A stretch of DNA of 64,000 nucleotides from Candidatus Sumerlaeales bacterium (GCA_038243585.1 JBBSQY010000016.1:1-64000); one strand, 5' to 3'; positions 19,993 through 30,589 are shown, counted from the stretch's first letter. Made by a program: numbers and translations. The notes: generated by a model not told the origin, from the letters alone.

Positions 19993-21581
19993 GAGGCGCC
20001 TCCTGTTTTTAAGCCGAAGATCGAGGCCATCCAATGCGACACCAGCCAGGCCAGCTCCCCTATCTGCGCTGAAATCAGCAGACAGACCACCATCCCCAGG
20101 CAATACAGCACCGACAAGCCCAGTAGCGAGCGGGCGCTCTCTCGAAGCGAGAGCAGGGCAGTTCTTTGATAGGCGAGTTTTAATGCCGCCAGTGGCACAA
20201 TAATGACCAGTGCCGAGAACCATGCCTGCTGGGCAAACCGCGCGGTGACGTCTCCGGTTTCCGATAGCCTCGACAGGCGGTTGTCCAGAAGCATATAGAT
20301 CAATTCCCACGCGAAGCCGATCATCAATGTCAGAACGAGGGGGAACATTGGGTTGCGATAGAAAAGCCGCGCCAGCGCACCCACCAGCCCGACGCCAATG
20401 CACAGGCACATGAGCGGCAGGTAATACACCTGGGACTGCCCGGGGGCAAGCATCATGGCCGGCAGGCTCGCCGCCACACAGTAAACGGTCAGTATCGGCA
20501 ACCGCTCCGCCAATAACTGCGATCTGCCAACGGGCTGGTAGTAGATCAGGCTCTTGTCTGCGAACAGCTCTTCCCGGCTGAAAACCGATACGCCGATAAT
20601 GGAGGACGGAATAATTACGAGAACCCAGATCAATTCCGCATAGCCTTCATAATCCCCGGCTGTTCGGTGTCTGAAGATTAACAAAACAGCAGTCACTGTC
20701 ACAGCCACCATCGTTAAGAGGGTTGTAGTTAACAGCCGTCCTCCGAAGGGAGTGGTGTGGGTTTCCCAAGGCGGACGAAGCATGCGCCGCCGAGGTCTCT
20801 CAATGCGCTGCGGAGATGTCTTCCCGTTCCTTCCAAAGCGGGAGAAAAAGTTCGGATAGGCAACCGCCCGAACAAACACCATAGCCGCGCCGAGGGAAAG
20901 CGCCAACTGCTGACCGGCCATTGCTCCATGAAATAGCTGCGACTGACCCCGCAGTTCCATTGGGTGAAGGATCCCGTTCCACGATAGGTACCAAATAACG
21001 TATGTAGCCAGCCCGGCTACGGCCGAATAAACGAAATTCTTGAACACCACACCGGAAGCCAGCCCCAGCGTCATCAGGCATAAAAGCTGAGCCAGGGTAA
21101 GCGGCAACCAGACGCCGAAGTTCCAGAAGGTGGCCAGCTTGAAGTTGCCCAAGGTAGGGAACAGCCAGTCTGGCCGATCCAGCGCAATCAATCTTCCTGC
21201 CTGATTCACAATTTCTGCTATGAAAAGATAGAGCATCAGCATGAGCAGGCATGACGCTAACTTTTGCAGAAGCAGACGAATGGAACTTACAGGCATCGCG
21301 CGAAGTGTCCATAGCGTCCCCCGGTCCAAATCGTCGTTACTGCAAGCCAGACCCAATGCGAACGCCGACAGACCCAGAAGTCCGTGGTATGTGGAGGTAA
21401 CCAGATGAGACACCTCAGTCGATGCGAAAATCGGGAGAATTGTCAGGCTACTGAGGAGGACGGGAATCGGCCAAAAGCGGAGGATGTCTACCGCCGGCAC
21501 GCCGAACCTTCTGATTAAACGCAGTCGTAGTACGTGAGAATTAAAGTTGTCGCCGCTTACCGCTTTAGCGTTCTCACTCAT
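19989..21581 (-). CDS. ABC-2-type permease-like membrane protein (two halves)
   Basis: About 12 TM segments; repeated DxGTLWTLRAMPVS and EELFADKSLIYYQPVGRS motifs; follows an ABC ATPase. Confidence 0.75.
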   Translation of the reverse strand: MSENAKAVSGDNFNSHVLRLRLIRRFGVPAVDILRFWPIPVLLSSLTILPIFASTEVSHLVTSTYHGLLGLSAFALGLACSNDDLDRGTLWTLRAMPVSSIRLLLQKLASCLLMLMLYLFIAEIVNQAGRLIALDRPDWLFPTLGNFKLATFWNFGVWLPLTLAQLLCLMTLGLASGVVFKNFVYSAVAGLATYVIWYLSWNGILHPMELRGQSQLFHGAMAGQQLALSLGAAMVFVRAVAYPNFFSRFGRNGKTSPQRIERPRRRMLRPPWETHTTPFGGRLLTTTLLTMVAVTVTAVLLIFRHRTAGDYEGYAELIWVLVIIPSSIIGVSVFSREELFADKSLIYYQPVGRSQLLAERLPILTVYCVAASLPAMMLAPGQSQVYYLPLMCLCIGVGLVGALARLFYRNPMFPLVLTLMIGFAWELIYMLLDNRLSRLSETGDVTARFAQQAWFSALVIIVPLAALKLAYQRTALLSLRESARSLLGLSVLYCLGMVVCLLISAQIGELAWLVSHWMASIFGLKTGGAS

Positions 21582-22557
21582 GGCCGACCTCGCGATCAGC
21601 CGCTCCTGTTACCTCGATGAAAATTTCTTCCAGCGTCATCTCAGAAATCGTGCTGCTCTCGGCTTCCAGCGACGCCAGTTCCACCTCGTTAAACTTGGTC
21701 GCATCGTTTAGAACCAGAATTCCCTCGCGCCCAGACCTGGTGTAGCGGCCGTGCGCAAACTCCGGTGGCAGAGAGATCGGGGCTTCATTTTCAAAGAACA
21801 ATTCCACCCGCCGAAAACGGTTTCGCAGATCTTCGGCGGTTGACTGGGACACCATGCGGCCATCCTTTAAAATGCCAACGTAATCCACAATCCCGGCGAT
21901 TTCATGGATCAGGTGGCTGCTGATAAAAACGGTTTTGCCTTCGCCCGCATACTCCCGAAGGATGCCCTCCGTGAACTGCTTTCGCGCGACCGGATCCAAG
22001 CCCAGCGTGGGTTCGTCCAGCACGAGGATTTCCGGATCGAATCCCAGCGCAAGCACCAGGGAAAGTCGTGCGCGCTGACCTTTGCTCAGGGATCGGGTTT
22101 GCGCGGAGGGGTCGAGACTCAAATCTTGCAGCAGCGACTGCTGGCGCTTTATGCTCCATCGATCAGGCCGGTAATGGGCTAACAGGGCGCAGGTTTCCTC
22201 CACGGTCATCCAGTCGTAGAACGCCGGCGTATCCGGAACATATCCCACGCGCCGCTTCACATCCAGATCGTCCTGCATCGGATCGGCACCGGCTACCATT
22301 AGCGATCCCTCATGCACTGGCAACAGACCCATCATCATGCGCATGGTGGTGGATTTACCTGCGCCGTTCAGCCCCAGAAAGCCGTAAATGGCCCCGCGCG
22401 GAACCTGCAGATCCAGCCCTCGAACCGCCCACTGGCCGCCATAACGATAACCAAGTGCCCGGCCGCTGATGGCGTAACTGGAAGGGAATACTTCCGCGTC
22501 GACGTCAATCTTCTGCGTCTGCGAATCCAAAATATTAGCTGCCGATTCTTTCATCAT
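21574..22557 (-). CDS. ABC transporter ATP-binding protein (YtrB-like)
   Basis: GLNGAGKST, LSKGQ, LVLDEPT, SSH. Confidence 0.93.
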   Translation of the reverse strand: MMKESAANILDSQTQKIDVDAEVFPSSYAISGRALGYRYGGQWAVRGLDLQVPRGAIYGFLGLNGAGKSTTMRMMMGLLPVHEGSLMVAGADPMQDDLDVKRRVGYVPDTPAFYDWMTVEETCALLAHYRPDRWSIKRQQSLLQDLSLDPSAQTRSLSKGQRARLSLVLALGFDPEILVLDEPTLGLDPVARKQFTEGILREYAGEGKTVFISSHLIHEIAGIVDYVGILKDGRMVSQSTAEDLRNRFRRVELFFENEAPISLPPEFAHGRYTRSGREGILVLNDATKFNEVELASLEAESSTISEMTLEEIFIEVTGAADREVGHE

Positions 22558-22976
22558 GAGGGGTCTTCTTTCGCACTATTCTTAGCAGGTTTAACAGGCG
22601 GATAAACAGCCTTGATGCGGCTCTCAAAAAACTGCGCGACTTCTTCCGGCGAGTAGCCGTATAGATTTGCCTGGGCGATCAGATCGTCCGCCAGACCGTT
22701 CAGATGACGGCGTTGCTCTGCTCGACTGAACGGCGAGACCTGTTCGCTGATAAATGTACCATGGCCCACGCGGGTATAAAGGACGCCCTCGCGTTCGAGT
22801 TCCGAGTACACCCGCGAGACGGTGTTGCGATTAATGCGAAGCTGCGCCGCCAGGTCGCGGACTGTAGGCAGTTGATCCCCGGCGCGAAGCCGCCCCGCCG
22901 CGATGGCCAGCTTCACCTGATCGATTAGCTGCTGATAAACAGCCTTCGCGCCTGCAGGGTCCACGCGAAATATCAC
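22554..22976 (-). CDS. GntR family regulator, YtrA subfamily
   Basis: YQQLIDQV, LPTVRDLAAQLRINRNTVSRVY, GHGTFI; short C-terminal domain. Confidence 0.92.
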   Translation of the reverse strand: MIFRVDPAGAKAVYQQLIDQVKLAIAAGRLRAGDQLPTVRDLAAQLRINRNTVSRVYSELEREGVLYTRVGHGTFISEQVSPFSRAEQRRHLNGLADDLIAQANLYGYSPEEVAQFFESRIKAVYPPVKPAKNSAKEDPS

Positions 22977-23017
22977 GGGAGGGCCATCGGTGAATATGTA
23001 GTTTTAAGGGGCATTTA

Positions 23018-23044
23018 TATTGTCCTATTTATACTATGACAATA
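23018..23044. promoter_or_regulatory. Putative YtrA-type operator
   Basis: TATTGTCCTA-N7-TATGACAATA inverted repeat (9/10 match) upstream of the GntR gene. Confidence 0.65.
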
Positions 23045-23434
23045 CGGCCAAAGAAAGTTTTTATATTTTCTTATAATAGAGCAGATTGAGTTTTAACGAT
23101 GGTGATCGCGGGCGGACGCTGGAGGTGTGCGCCGAGTCATCGGGTCGCGGCGGTGCGCTCCGCGCACGATGAAGGCGGCGGCGGGCCGCACGCAGTCCAA
23201 GACGTTGGTAATGTATGCTGGAGAAATATTACACGTTCTACGGCTTTTTGCTGCAATTTGACAGTCGCGTCATAAATTTGGCATGGCGTCCCGGTCCTGT
23301 CGTGGTTCCAATTCCACCGTTGACATCGTCCGGTTTGCGGGGCGCGAAGTTATAGGAAATCGCAGAACGTTTTCGACAAACGGGTTGTGTCGTTTTTGCG
23401 GTTTTGCACAACACCGGTACCTTAAGGATGTCCA

Positions 23435-26413
23435 ATGCATTTGCTGAAGCGAAGCGCGGCCGGGGCTGCCGTGATGATATGTTGCGCGTTGACCATGGGC
23501 GATGTTACGCTGTGGACCACGGGCTCCGACTTGGAGACCACTATAGGCGAAAAGCTGACTGGCCAGTTAAGAGATCGGGATATCGAACTTCGTACCGTCG
23601 CTGTCCGAGATCTTGCGGCGACTGGCGCGGTGGAATCTGGCCGCGGGCACACATGGGTGCTGACTGAAACATCCCGATTTCCGGCGGAGGCTTTTGCAAC
23701 CGTTCAACGCCACCTGGCGGCGGGGGGAGAACTGCTTATTCTTGGCGACTCTCCATTTGAGCAGCTCACCTTTCCGGACAATGGCCAATGGCTGACGCAG
23801 CAGGAGTATCTGCAGGAAGTCACTAACTCTACAATTCTGTACCCCACATTAAAGGTTGAAGACTGCGCCCTGACAACTGATTTTGGAGAGGGAAAGAACC
23901 TGTTGACCAGCCACACGGTCTTTTTACCTCATCTGACTTCCGTGGAAAAGTCGGCTCTGCGTATGCAGATACCCGAGTTACACTTTTGGTGTACCTTCCG
24001 GATTCCCGCGCCGAAGATCATGCCCACAGGAGATCTGACCGCCTTTTGGGCGAAGGGAACTACCAGCACAAAAAAACTGGCCATCGAATGGGCGGAGCAC
24101 GACGGCAGCCGCTGGATTGCCACCGTAGACCTGGCGCCGGAGTGGCGCTATTATGTGTTGGTTCCCGAAGATTTCAAGTTCTGGGTGGACAACACCAGCC
24201 GGGGACGCGGCGGGAGCGGGGACAAAGTGAACCTGAAGAATGTTAGTGGCATTGCCGTGGGGCTGGCGCAATCGCACACACGGTTGAGCGAGGGGCCTCA
24301 TGAATTCTGGGTTTCGGAATTGGGCATTGCGGAAAGGGAAGGGGAGTTGAAGGACCTGCTGGTGCAGGGCGAGATTGACGGCCTTTATCCCGAAAATAAA
24401 ACTTATCCGATGAGACCGGAGTCGTTAAAAATCAGGGCAGGTTATACAAACCCATTCAAGAGCCTGCCGATCCCGGACAACGCCTGGTCTGCATACTGGA
24501 GGCCCATGGGCAGCGGAATAGATAAGAATCGTCGTCACAGGTTTATCCCCGTGGTCACCGCGAACAACGCCGATGGGACTCGCGCGGGCACGGTTGCTTC
24601 CATGACCATCAGTATGGACAGCAAAACCTCCGGGGCGATCACCGGATCGATTGGGATTCCCAATCCGGAAATATTAATGTCTGATCCATGGATGGATGTG
24701 GCGGCACAGATGATTGAAAAGATGCAGAGCCGCCTGATGTTCGCGGAGGCCGGTGCGGCAGAATTCTGCTATGATGTGCGTGGCCTGGAGGAGCAAACGC
24801 TGAACCCTGGGTTTTCGACGATTTCGCAGCCTCTTGATGTTGGCTATTCTTTGCTTGCTCGAGGTTCCGCTCGCATGGGCGCCGGGGTGGACATCAGCAC
24901 TACGTTATCGGACGCTCTCGACAGACCTGTTTCAGTTGCCGGCGGATCGCTCGCGTCACTTCCGTCGCGCCACCGGTCCACGGTGGGTTATACTTCCTCT
25001 ACGCAGGCCCTGACGGATCTTGGCGCGTTTAAGTATGAAGCCGGCATTTATATCGACGGCAGACTGACGGATTATATCTCCCAGGAAATCCGGTTCGATA
25101 AACCGCGTGAACAGGATCGCTTATTTGTCACCGCCCGCGACCACAAATTCTGGAAGGGCGACGCGCCGTGGCGGGCTTTCGGCTTAAACTATATGCCGTC
25201 GAGCGGCCTGGCACTTTCCAACGGCGCCGAATTCGAATACTGGATTGAGGACCCGTCGTATGATCCCGACATCGTGCAGTCGGACCTGGAACGGATCAAG
25301 GGACTGGGGTACAATATGGTCAGTGTGTTTGCCTACTCTCGAAACAACTTCCAGTTGAACCTCCTTGATCTGCTCCATCGCTGTCGTGAACTGGACCTGA
25401 TGGTAAACCTGAGCCTCCGCCCTAACGTAAATCCGTGGCCTGCATCCAAAGCTGTGACGGACCGCCTGATTAAAGAAATCCGCGCGTGGGATCGGGATGA
25501 AATTATGGGGTACGACGTAGCGTGGGAGCCGTGGTGGGGCAACGGGTCTCGCCGGATGGAGTATGGCGATGCCTGGGTGAAATGGGTAGGCGATGAACAT
25601 GGAACGCAAGATGCGGCGGCTCGGGCATGGAATTTTAATCCTGGGAATCTCGCAGCATTTCCTTCGGATCAGGAGATGGAGACGGACGGTCCCTGGCGCG
25701 AAGCCGTAAAAGATTATCGCCGCTTTGCCCACGACGCCCTCAGCGCCGCCTATCTGGAGACGCGGGAAAACATTCTTGCCGTTGACCCAAATCATCTGAT
25801 CAGTTTCCGACAGAGCGAAGGCGGGAATCCTCTTGTTACCTCATCCAGCTTTCCCGTGGAACTGGCCCCCATTGCAGAGGCTGTGGATTTCTTTTCGCCG
25901 GAAGGCTACGGCATAGGAGACGCCCCTGAAAAGGCGAAGACCTTCTGGTTCACAACAGCTTACGCCCAGGGGCTGTCACCCGGAAAGCCGGTCGTGCTGG
26001 CGGAATACGGTGCCAGCGTATGGAGCGGGAGCGCGTTTGAGCCGGATGCGTTGCTGTATCAGCGTCAGGCCCAGGCATATGAAAATATTTTTCAGACGGC
26101 CGAAGCGTCTCGTGCTGCCGGCACCGTCCAGTGGTGGTATCCGGGCGGTTATCGCACAGGGGAAGATAGTGATTACGGTCTCATGAACCCGGACGGCACA
26201 GACCGACCAGGCACTAAAGTCGTGCGGCGGTGGGCGGAACGGATGAAGCAATATCCGCCGGATATCGTGTGGCGGGACGAAATTACGGGAGACGCCGACG
26301 GGGTCCGGGGCTACGTGGGACTGTATGAAAATCTGAAAACCGAGTTCTTTGACAAAGCGACCACCGGCTCATTTCCGATCGTGAAAAGGGCGGGCCGGCA
26401 ACCGAGAAAGTAA
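23435..26413 (+). CDS. Large secreted glycoside hydrolase, clan GH-A-like C-terminal TIM barrel, probable CBM
   Basis: Signal-like N-terminus; GLNYMP, DLERIKGLGYNMV, YDVAWEP (acid/base), VVLAEYG (nucleophile), DYGL. Confidence 0.7.
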   Translation: MHLLKRSAAGAAVMICCALTMGDVTLWTTGSDLETTIGEKLTGQLRDRDIELRTVAVRDLAATGAVESGRGHTWVLTETSRFPAEAFATVQRHLAAGGELLILGDSPFEQLTFPDNGQWLTQQEYLQEVTNSTILYPTLKVEDCALTTDFGEGKNLLTSHTVFLPHLTSVEKSALRMQIPELHFWCTFRIPAPKIMPTGDLTAFWAKGTTSTKKLAIEWAEHDGSRWIATVDLAPEWRYYVLVPEDFKFWVDNTSRGRGGSGDKVNLKNVSGIAVGLAQSHTRLSEGPHEFWVSELGIAEREGELKDLLVQGEIDGLYPENKTYPMRPESLKIRAGYTNPFKSLPIPDNAWSAYWRPMGSGIDKNRRHRFIPVVTANNADGTRAGTVASMTISMDSKTSGAITGSIGIPNPEILMSDPWMDVAAQMIEKMQSRLMFAEAGAAEFCYDVRGLEEQTLNPGFSTISQPLDVGYSLLARGSARMGAGVDISTTLSDALDRPVSVAGGSLASLPSRHRSTVGYTSSTQALTDLGAFKYEAGIYIDGRLTDYISQEIRFDKPREQDRLFVTARDHKFWKGDAPWRAFGLNYMPSSGLALSNGAEFEYWIEDPSYDPDIVQSDLERIKGLGYNMVSVFAYSRNNFQLNLLDLLHRCRELDLMVNLSLRPNVNPWPASKAVTDRLIKEIRAWDRDEIMGYDVAWEPWWGNGSRRMEYGDAWVKWVGDEHGTQDAAARAWNFNPGNLAAFPSDQEMETDGPWREAVKDYRRFAHDALSAAYLETRENILAVDPNHLISFRQSEGGNPLVTSSSFPVELAPIAEAVDFFSPEGYGIGDAPEKAKTFWFTTAYAQGLSPGKPVVLAEYGASVWSGSAFEPDALLYQRQAQAYENIFQTAEASRAAGTVQWWYPGGYRTGEDSDYGLMNPDGTDRPGTKVVRRWAERMKQYPPDIVWRDEITGDADGVRGYVGLYENLKTEFFDKATTGSFPIVKRAGRQPRK

Positions 26414-26435
26414 CCGATTGGTATGGCCGCAACTC

Positions 26436-27830
26436 CTATCCGGGGCCGGAGCCGGGGATGAGTACTCGGCCAATAATCAGCCAGAACTCACGCCAGACTT
26501 CCCAGGGGGCGCGATCAAAGCTTGTTGCCGGGAAAACCCCGGCAATGATGTTGTTCAACAGGCTTATCGCCACTAGCCCCGCGCCGCACCACCGCCACCA
26601 CCGGTTTTTTATCGCAGACCAGTCCCAGAAGTATGGCAGCCCGATCAATGCCAGCGGCACGACGGGCACAAGGTAGCGCGTGGTGTAGGAGTCGCCGGTC
26701 ATCAGGTAGCGGTAGGTCAGATGAAGCAGCGTCCACGGCAACGCGCAGGATAGAATTATCAAGAACTGTCGCCGTTGCCGCCGCGCCATTATGAACAGAC
26801 CCATAATTGCGACAAACAACAGCGGACAATGCGGGAACAGGCCCTTGTCGAAATCTGTAAACATCCGTTCCATATTGCTCAGGGTTTTGCCGGGGATCCA
26901 GGCAATGGGCGCGCCGGCCCTTGCCATGGAGCGTCCTCCTGGAATACCGGTGACGCCCTCGCGGGTTATCCATGAAGCTCCGCCAAAATAGGATTGGTTA
27001 AAGGCGTAAATCGCGCAGAGGACGGCTGCGCCGGCGAGGCCGAAAACGAAAAAGTTCCGACGGCGATGCTGGACTCCTTCGCTGGTTCCGGCGCTGAAAA
27101 AAAGTAAAAGAGCGGGATACTTAAACCAGGCCATGCCCATAAGAAATGGCAGCGTCCACAGGGCGCGGTTTCGAAGGGCAGCAAGAAGAACTATCAGAAA
27201 CGCCGTGCCAACCCAGACCTCCGTGTAGAGCGTGCGGGAGTAGCTGAACCAGGGGGTTGCGAAGGCGAGGGCGAGGGCGGCATTGCGGGCGCGCGGCCAG
27301 GACAGGCCGAGGGCCTCCAGCACACGGACGAAAACGAGGACGCCCATGGCGCCCCCCAGCACGTTCACCCATATAGCTGCGGGCTCCATCCACGAAGACC
27401 CTGCCACCGGCCATAACATCATCGCCAGCAGCGCAGAAAATCCAAACGGGTGATTCCCGAGAAGGGTGAGATCGGCGTCGCGGGAGAAATGCTGAGGGAA
27501 ATTGGCGGCGGGGCGATGGCGATGGTAGACTCCCATTTCCGGCCCACCCCGCTGCACACTGGTGTACTCCCGAGACAGATATAGGTCGCCGTCGTGGGCT
27601 AGCGAATGGGCCATCATCAGGTAATACATTTCATCGCCGCGCAGAATCCGGGGCAATGAAACTACTGCCCAACGATTCTTATAATAGCGAAGCGCGTGGT
27701 CGTCCGCCGGTAGCGGGAGCACCTGCCGAATTGTGGTGGAAAAAAAAGAGGAGGCGAAATAAACTACCGTTACCAGCGCGAAAACGCGGGAAGGTGTGGC
27801 GGTGAGCCGATGAAAAAATCCGCGCAACAC
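26436..27830 (-). CDS. Polytopic membrane protein, GT-C glycosyltransferase-like
   Basis: GDEMYY..MAHSL..DGDL loop after the first TM, YSRTLYTE, RYLVPVVP; many TM helices. Confidence 0.65.
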   Translation of the reverse strand: MLRGFFHRLTATPSRVFALVTVVYFASSFFSTTIRQVLPLPADDHALRYYKNRWAVVSLPRILRGDEMYYLMMAHSLAHDGDLYLSREYTSVQRGGPEMGVYHRHRPAANFPQHFSRDADLTLLGNHPFGFSALLAMMLWPVAGSSWMEPAAIWVNVLGGAMGVLVFVRVLEALGLSWPRARNAALALAFATPWFSYSRTLYTEVWVGTAFLIVLLAALRNRALWTLPFLMGMAWFKYPALLLFFSAGTSEGVQHRRRNFFVFGLAGAAVLCAIYAFNQSYFGGASWITREGVTGIPGGRSMARAGAPIAWIPGKTLSNMERMFTDFDKGLFPHCPLLFVAIMGLFIMARRQRRQFLIILSCALPWTLLHLTYRYLMTGDSYTTRYLVPVVPLALIGLPYFWDWSAIKNRWWRWCGAGLVAISLLNNIIAGVFPATSFDRAPWEVWREFWLIIGRVLIPGSGPG

Positions 27831-27834
27831 CCGG

Positions 27835-28350
27835 TTATTTTTTGCTCTGAAAGGCGGTTACGATTTTAGGATTGTCGCGCAGGTAATTCACAAGGTCTTC
27901 GAGGCGCGCGATGGTCTGACTGCTTATGTGATGTTCGATGCCTTCGGTGTCCTGTTGCAGACATTCTTCGTCTACGCCCAGCATTCGCAGAAACTCGCTG
28001 ACGGTCTTGTGGCGGCGACGGATGCGCAGGGCCACCTTTTCGCCGGCATCGGTCAGGGTCAGGCCACGGTGTTTTTGATAGATTGCGTAGCCCTGCTCAT
28101 GAAGGCGGCGCATCATTTTGGTTACACTGCTCTGGCGAATCCCCAGCGCCGCTGCGATTTCAATGGGACGAGCGTAGCCCTTGGTTTCGATCAGCTCATG
28201 GATGCGTTCCAGGTAATCCTCCATGCTCTGGGCGCTTGCGGCGGCCTGGGCCGCTCTTACTGGCACTGCGCTGTGAGTCCATGATCCCGGGTCGGCCTGC
28301 GTTTCAGCCTCCGGGTCGGTGCTTGTTTCCGGTTTTGCCGCCTGCTTCAC
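27835..28350 (-). CDS. mntR: DtxR/MntR family metal-dependent repressor
   Basis: SMEDYLERI..LIETKGYAR, SSVTKM, LTDAG, RRHK, EGIEHHIS; GTG start overlaps the upstream stop. Confidence 0.9.
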   Translation of the reverse strand: MKQAAKPETSTDPEAETQADPGSWTHSAVPVRAAQAAASAQSMEDYLERIHELIETKGYARPIEIAAALGIRQSSVTKMMRRLHEQGYAIYQKHRGLTLTDAGEKVALRIRRRHKTVSEFLRMLGVDEECLQQDTEGIEHHISSQTIARLEDLVNYLRDNPKIVTAFQSKK

Positions 28351-29459
28351 TGCGCCACCACCTCCAGGGCGTGGTCGCGACCGGCGCTGGTCAGCGCCAG
28401 ACTTCCGTCGTCGGATCTCGTCACCAGCGCGTCGCGCTCCGCGCCTCGCACCACGGTCATCGCGAAATGGTCGTTCCATCTAAAGTGCTCGCCCAGATGC
28501 GCGATACGGTTTTCCCGTTCCGCCTCGGCAAGGTCTTCATGGTGGAGAAGGTGAATTGTCAGCATGGTACCAGCGAATTCCACTTTCTGCCGTCGCCGCC
28601 GCAGGGCGATAAACGCCAATCCCCGCGTTGGTGCAAAGAGGAAAACCAGTCCGAAAATCACTCCAAGCATTGTCGCCATGCAGCCGGCGATGGAGCCATC
28701 CGTCCATTGAGCCACCCATGAACCTGAAATTGCGCCTGCGACTCCCAGCCCGACAGCGACGAAAAGCATATGGCCGAGCTTGTCTGTTAACAGCCAGGCG
28801 GCAGCGGCCGGAGCGATCATCAGCGCCACCACCAGAATGGATCCGACCGCGTCGAAGGCTTCTACGGCGGTGATGGATACGATGGCCATCAGTCCGTAAT
28901 GGACCAGCGCTGGGGCGAACCCAAGGCTTGCCGCCAGGCCGGCATCGAAAGTGGCCAGTTTCAGTTCTTTAAAAAACACCGTGATCAAAGCGACATTAAG
29001 CAGGAAAACCCCTCCCATGCCCCACAGAGCTCGGGCGCCCAAGTCATGACCGTTTATTATCATGCGGTCAAACGGAGCAAAGGCCAGCTCGCCATAAAGC
29101 ACCGCGTCTGTATCCAGATGAACCCCCCCTGCGTTGTGAGAGACCAGGATAATCGCCAGGGAAAATAGTGCAGGAAACACCAAACCAATGGCGGCGTCCC
29201 GCTTTACCCGGCCGGTTCGGCTGAGAGCCTCCACCAATACCACTGTGAGCAAACCGGTTAATGCTGCGCCAACCGTCAGCCATGGCGACGTCAGATCTCC
29301 TACGATAAAAAACATGACGACTATGCCCAGCAGCACCACGTGGCTGATGGCGTCGCACATTAGCGCCATCCCGCGCAGCACCAGGAACACGCCAGGCAGC
29401 GCGCACGCTGCGGCGGCAAGTATTGCTATAATCTGTATTTCCATCTGCCACTGGCTCAA
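28347..29459 (-). CDS. Mn/Zn/Fe ABC permease (TroD-like) with C-terminal wHTH-like tail
   Basis: DAISHVVLLGI, HLDTDAVLYGE, FKELKLATFD. Confidence 0.92.
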   Translation of the reverse strand: MSQWQMEIQIIAILAAAACALPGVFLVLRGMALMCDAISHVVLLGIVVMFFIVGDLTSPWLTVGAALTGLLTVVLVEALSRTGRVKRDAAIGLVFPALFSLAIILVSHNAGGVHLDTDAVLYGELAFAPFDRMIINGHDLGARALWGMGGVFLLNVALITVFFKELKLATFDAGLAASLGFAPALVHYGLMAIVSITAVEAFDAVGSILVVALMIAPAAAAWLLTDKLGHMLFVAVGLGVAGAISGSWVAQWTDGSIAGCMATMLGVIFGLVFLFAPTRGLAFIALRRRRQKVEFAGTMLTIHLLHHEDLAEAERENRIAHLGEHFRWNDHFAMTVVRGAERDALVTRSDDGSLALTSAGRDHALEVVAQ

Positions 29460-30589
29460 TGGGCTGCCCCCGCGGAGGAATCCAGTTGCTGGACGAGCCG
29501 CTCTACGCGATGACGCCCTTTTTCTGTAATCGCCCAGTGATTGGTGCTAAAGCGAGCGACTAATCCGCGGCTTTCCAACTCCAACAGATTCTTTAAAACT
29601 TCTCCTTCGCCGAAACTCATAGCCTGGATGGCTTTTGCGGTATGACCATGCGGGGTCTCCGGCGTGTGCTGGCTTTCCAGTTCATACAGATCGGTCAGCA
29701 CCGCATCCAGGCGGAGTTTTTTGTGGTTTTTTCGACGACGAAGGGTTTCTGAAATGAGGCCCCGGCCCGGTGCCAGCGCCAGCGAAATGATGACGATAAC
29801 TCCAACGGCCAAAACAATGGACGGCCCTGTGGGCAGACGAGGAATTGTGCTGCTGGCGACAGCGCCTATAACGCCTGCGATAGCGCCGAAGACGCCGGCT
29901 AGAAGCACCATGCGGCCCAGACGGTTTGTCCACTGGCGGGCTGCGGACGCCGGCGCGATGATCATGGCGCTCATAAGCACAACGCCCACGGTTTGCAGTC
30001 CAAGCACGATGGCGACCGTTATCAGTCCTGTCAGCAGCACATCCAGCCGCCGCATGGGCAATCCAAGGCTCACGCCATAGTCGCGGTCGAAGGCTAAAAT
30101 CTTAAATTCTTTCCACAGCATCGCCAATACGATAAACGAGACGGCCGCAATGGTCGCAAGCGCCCAGACGTCTCGTCGGAGCAAGGCCGCCGCCTGGCCA
30201 AAAAGGAACCGGTCCAGCCCGGCCTGGGCCGCCTCCGGACGCTTTTGTATCCAGGTAAGCAACACCAGGCCAAAGCCGAAGAATACCGAGAGAACGATCC
30301 CCAGGGCACTGTCGTATTTAACCCGGTTCGAGCTTGAAATCAGCATGACCACCAGCATCCCGGTCAGTCCGGCGACGCCCGCGCCCAGCATGAGCACCAA
30401 GGGTGATTTGCTCCCCGTGAGGATAAAGGCCATGACGATGCCCGGCAGCGCCGCGTGGCTGATGGCGTCGCCGATCAGGCTTTGACGGCGCAGCACGGCG
30501 AAAGATCCCAACGCGCCGCTGACAGCGCCAAGCACCGCCGCGCCGGTCGCTATCGTGATGGTCGTGTGATTAAACACGCTTGCGAGCAT
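29456..30589 (-). CDS. Mn/Zn/Fe ABC permease (TroC-like) with C-terminal wHTH-like tail
   Basis: GDAISHAALPG, FLFGQAA, WKEFKILAFD, AARQWT. Confidence 0.92.
   Translation of the reverse strand: MLASVFNHTTITIATGAAVLGAVSGALGSFAVLRRQSLIGDAISHAALPGIVMAFILTGSKSPLVLMLGAGVAGLTGMLVVMLISSSNRVKYDSALGIVLSVFFGFGLVLLTWIQKRPEAAQAGLDRFLFGQAAALLRRDVWALATIAAVSFIVLAMLWKEFKILAFDRDYGVSLGLPMRRLDVLLTGLITVAIVLGLQTVGVVLMSAMIIAPASAARQWTNRLGRMVLLAGVFGAIAGVIGAVASSTIPRLPTGPSIVLAVGVIVIISLALAPGRGLISETLRRRKNHKKLRLDAVLTDLYELESQHTPETPHGHTAKAIQAMSFGEGEVLKNLLELESRGLVARFSTNHWAITEKGRHRVERLVQQLDSSAGAAH

Noticed and set aside
19993..20409. N-terminal extension of the 709-aa ORF
   Set aside because: It overlaps the permease in another frame; the ATGA-coupled start at 19992 is more plausible.
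23100..23205. GC-rich intergenic stretch resembling a degenerate REP or ncRNA
   Set aside because: No second copy in the window and no clean hairpin.
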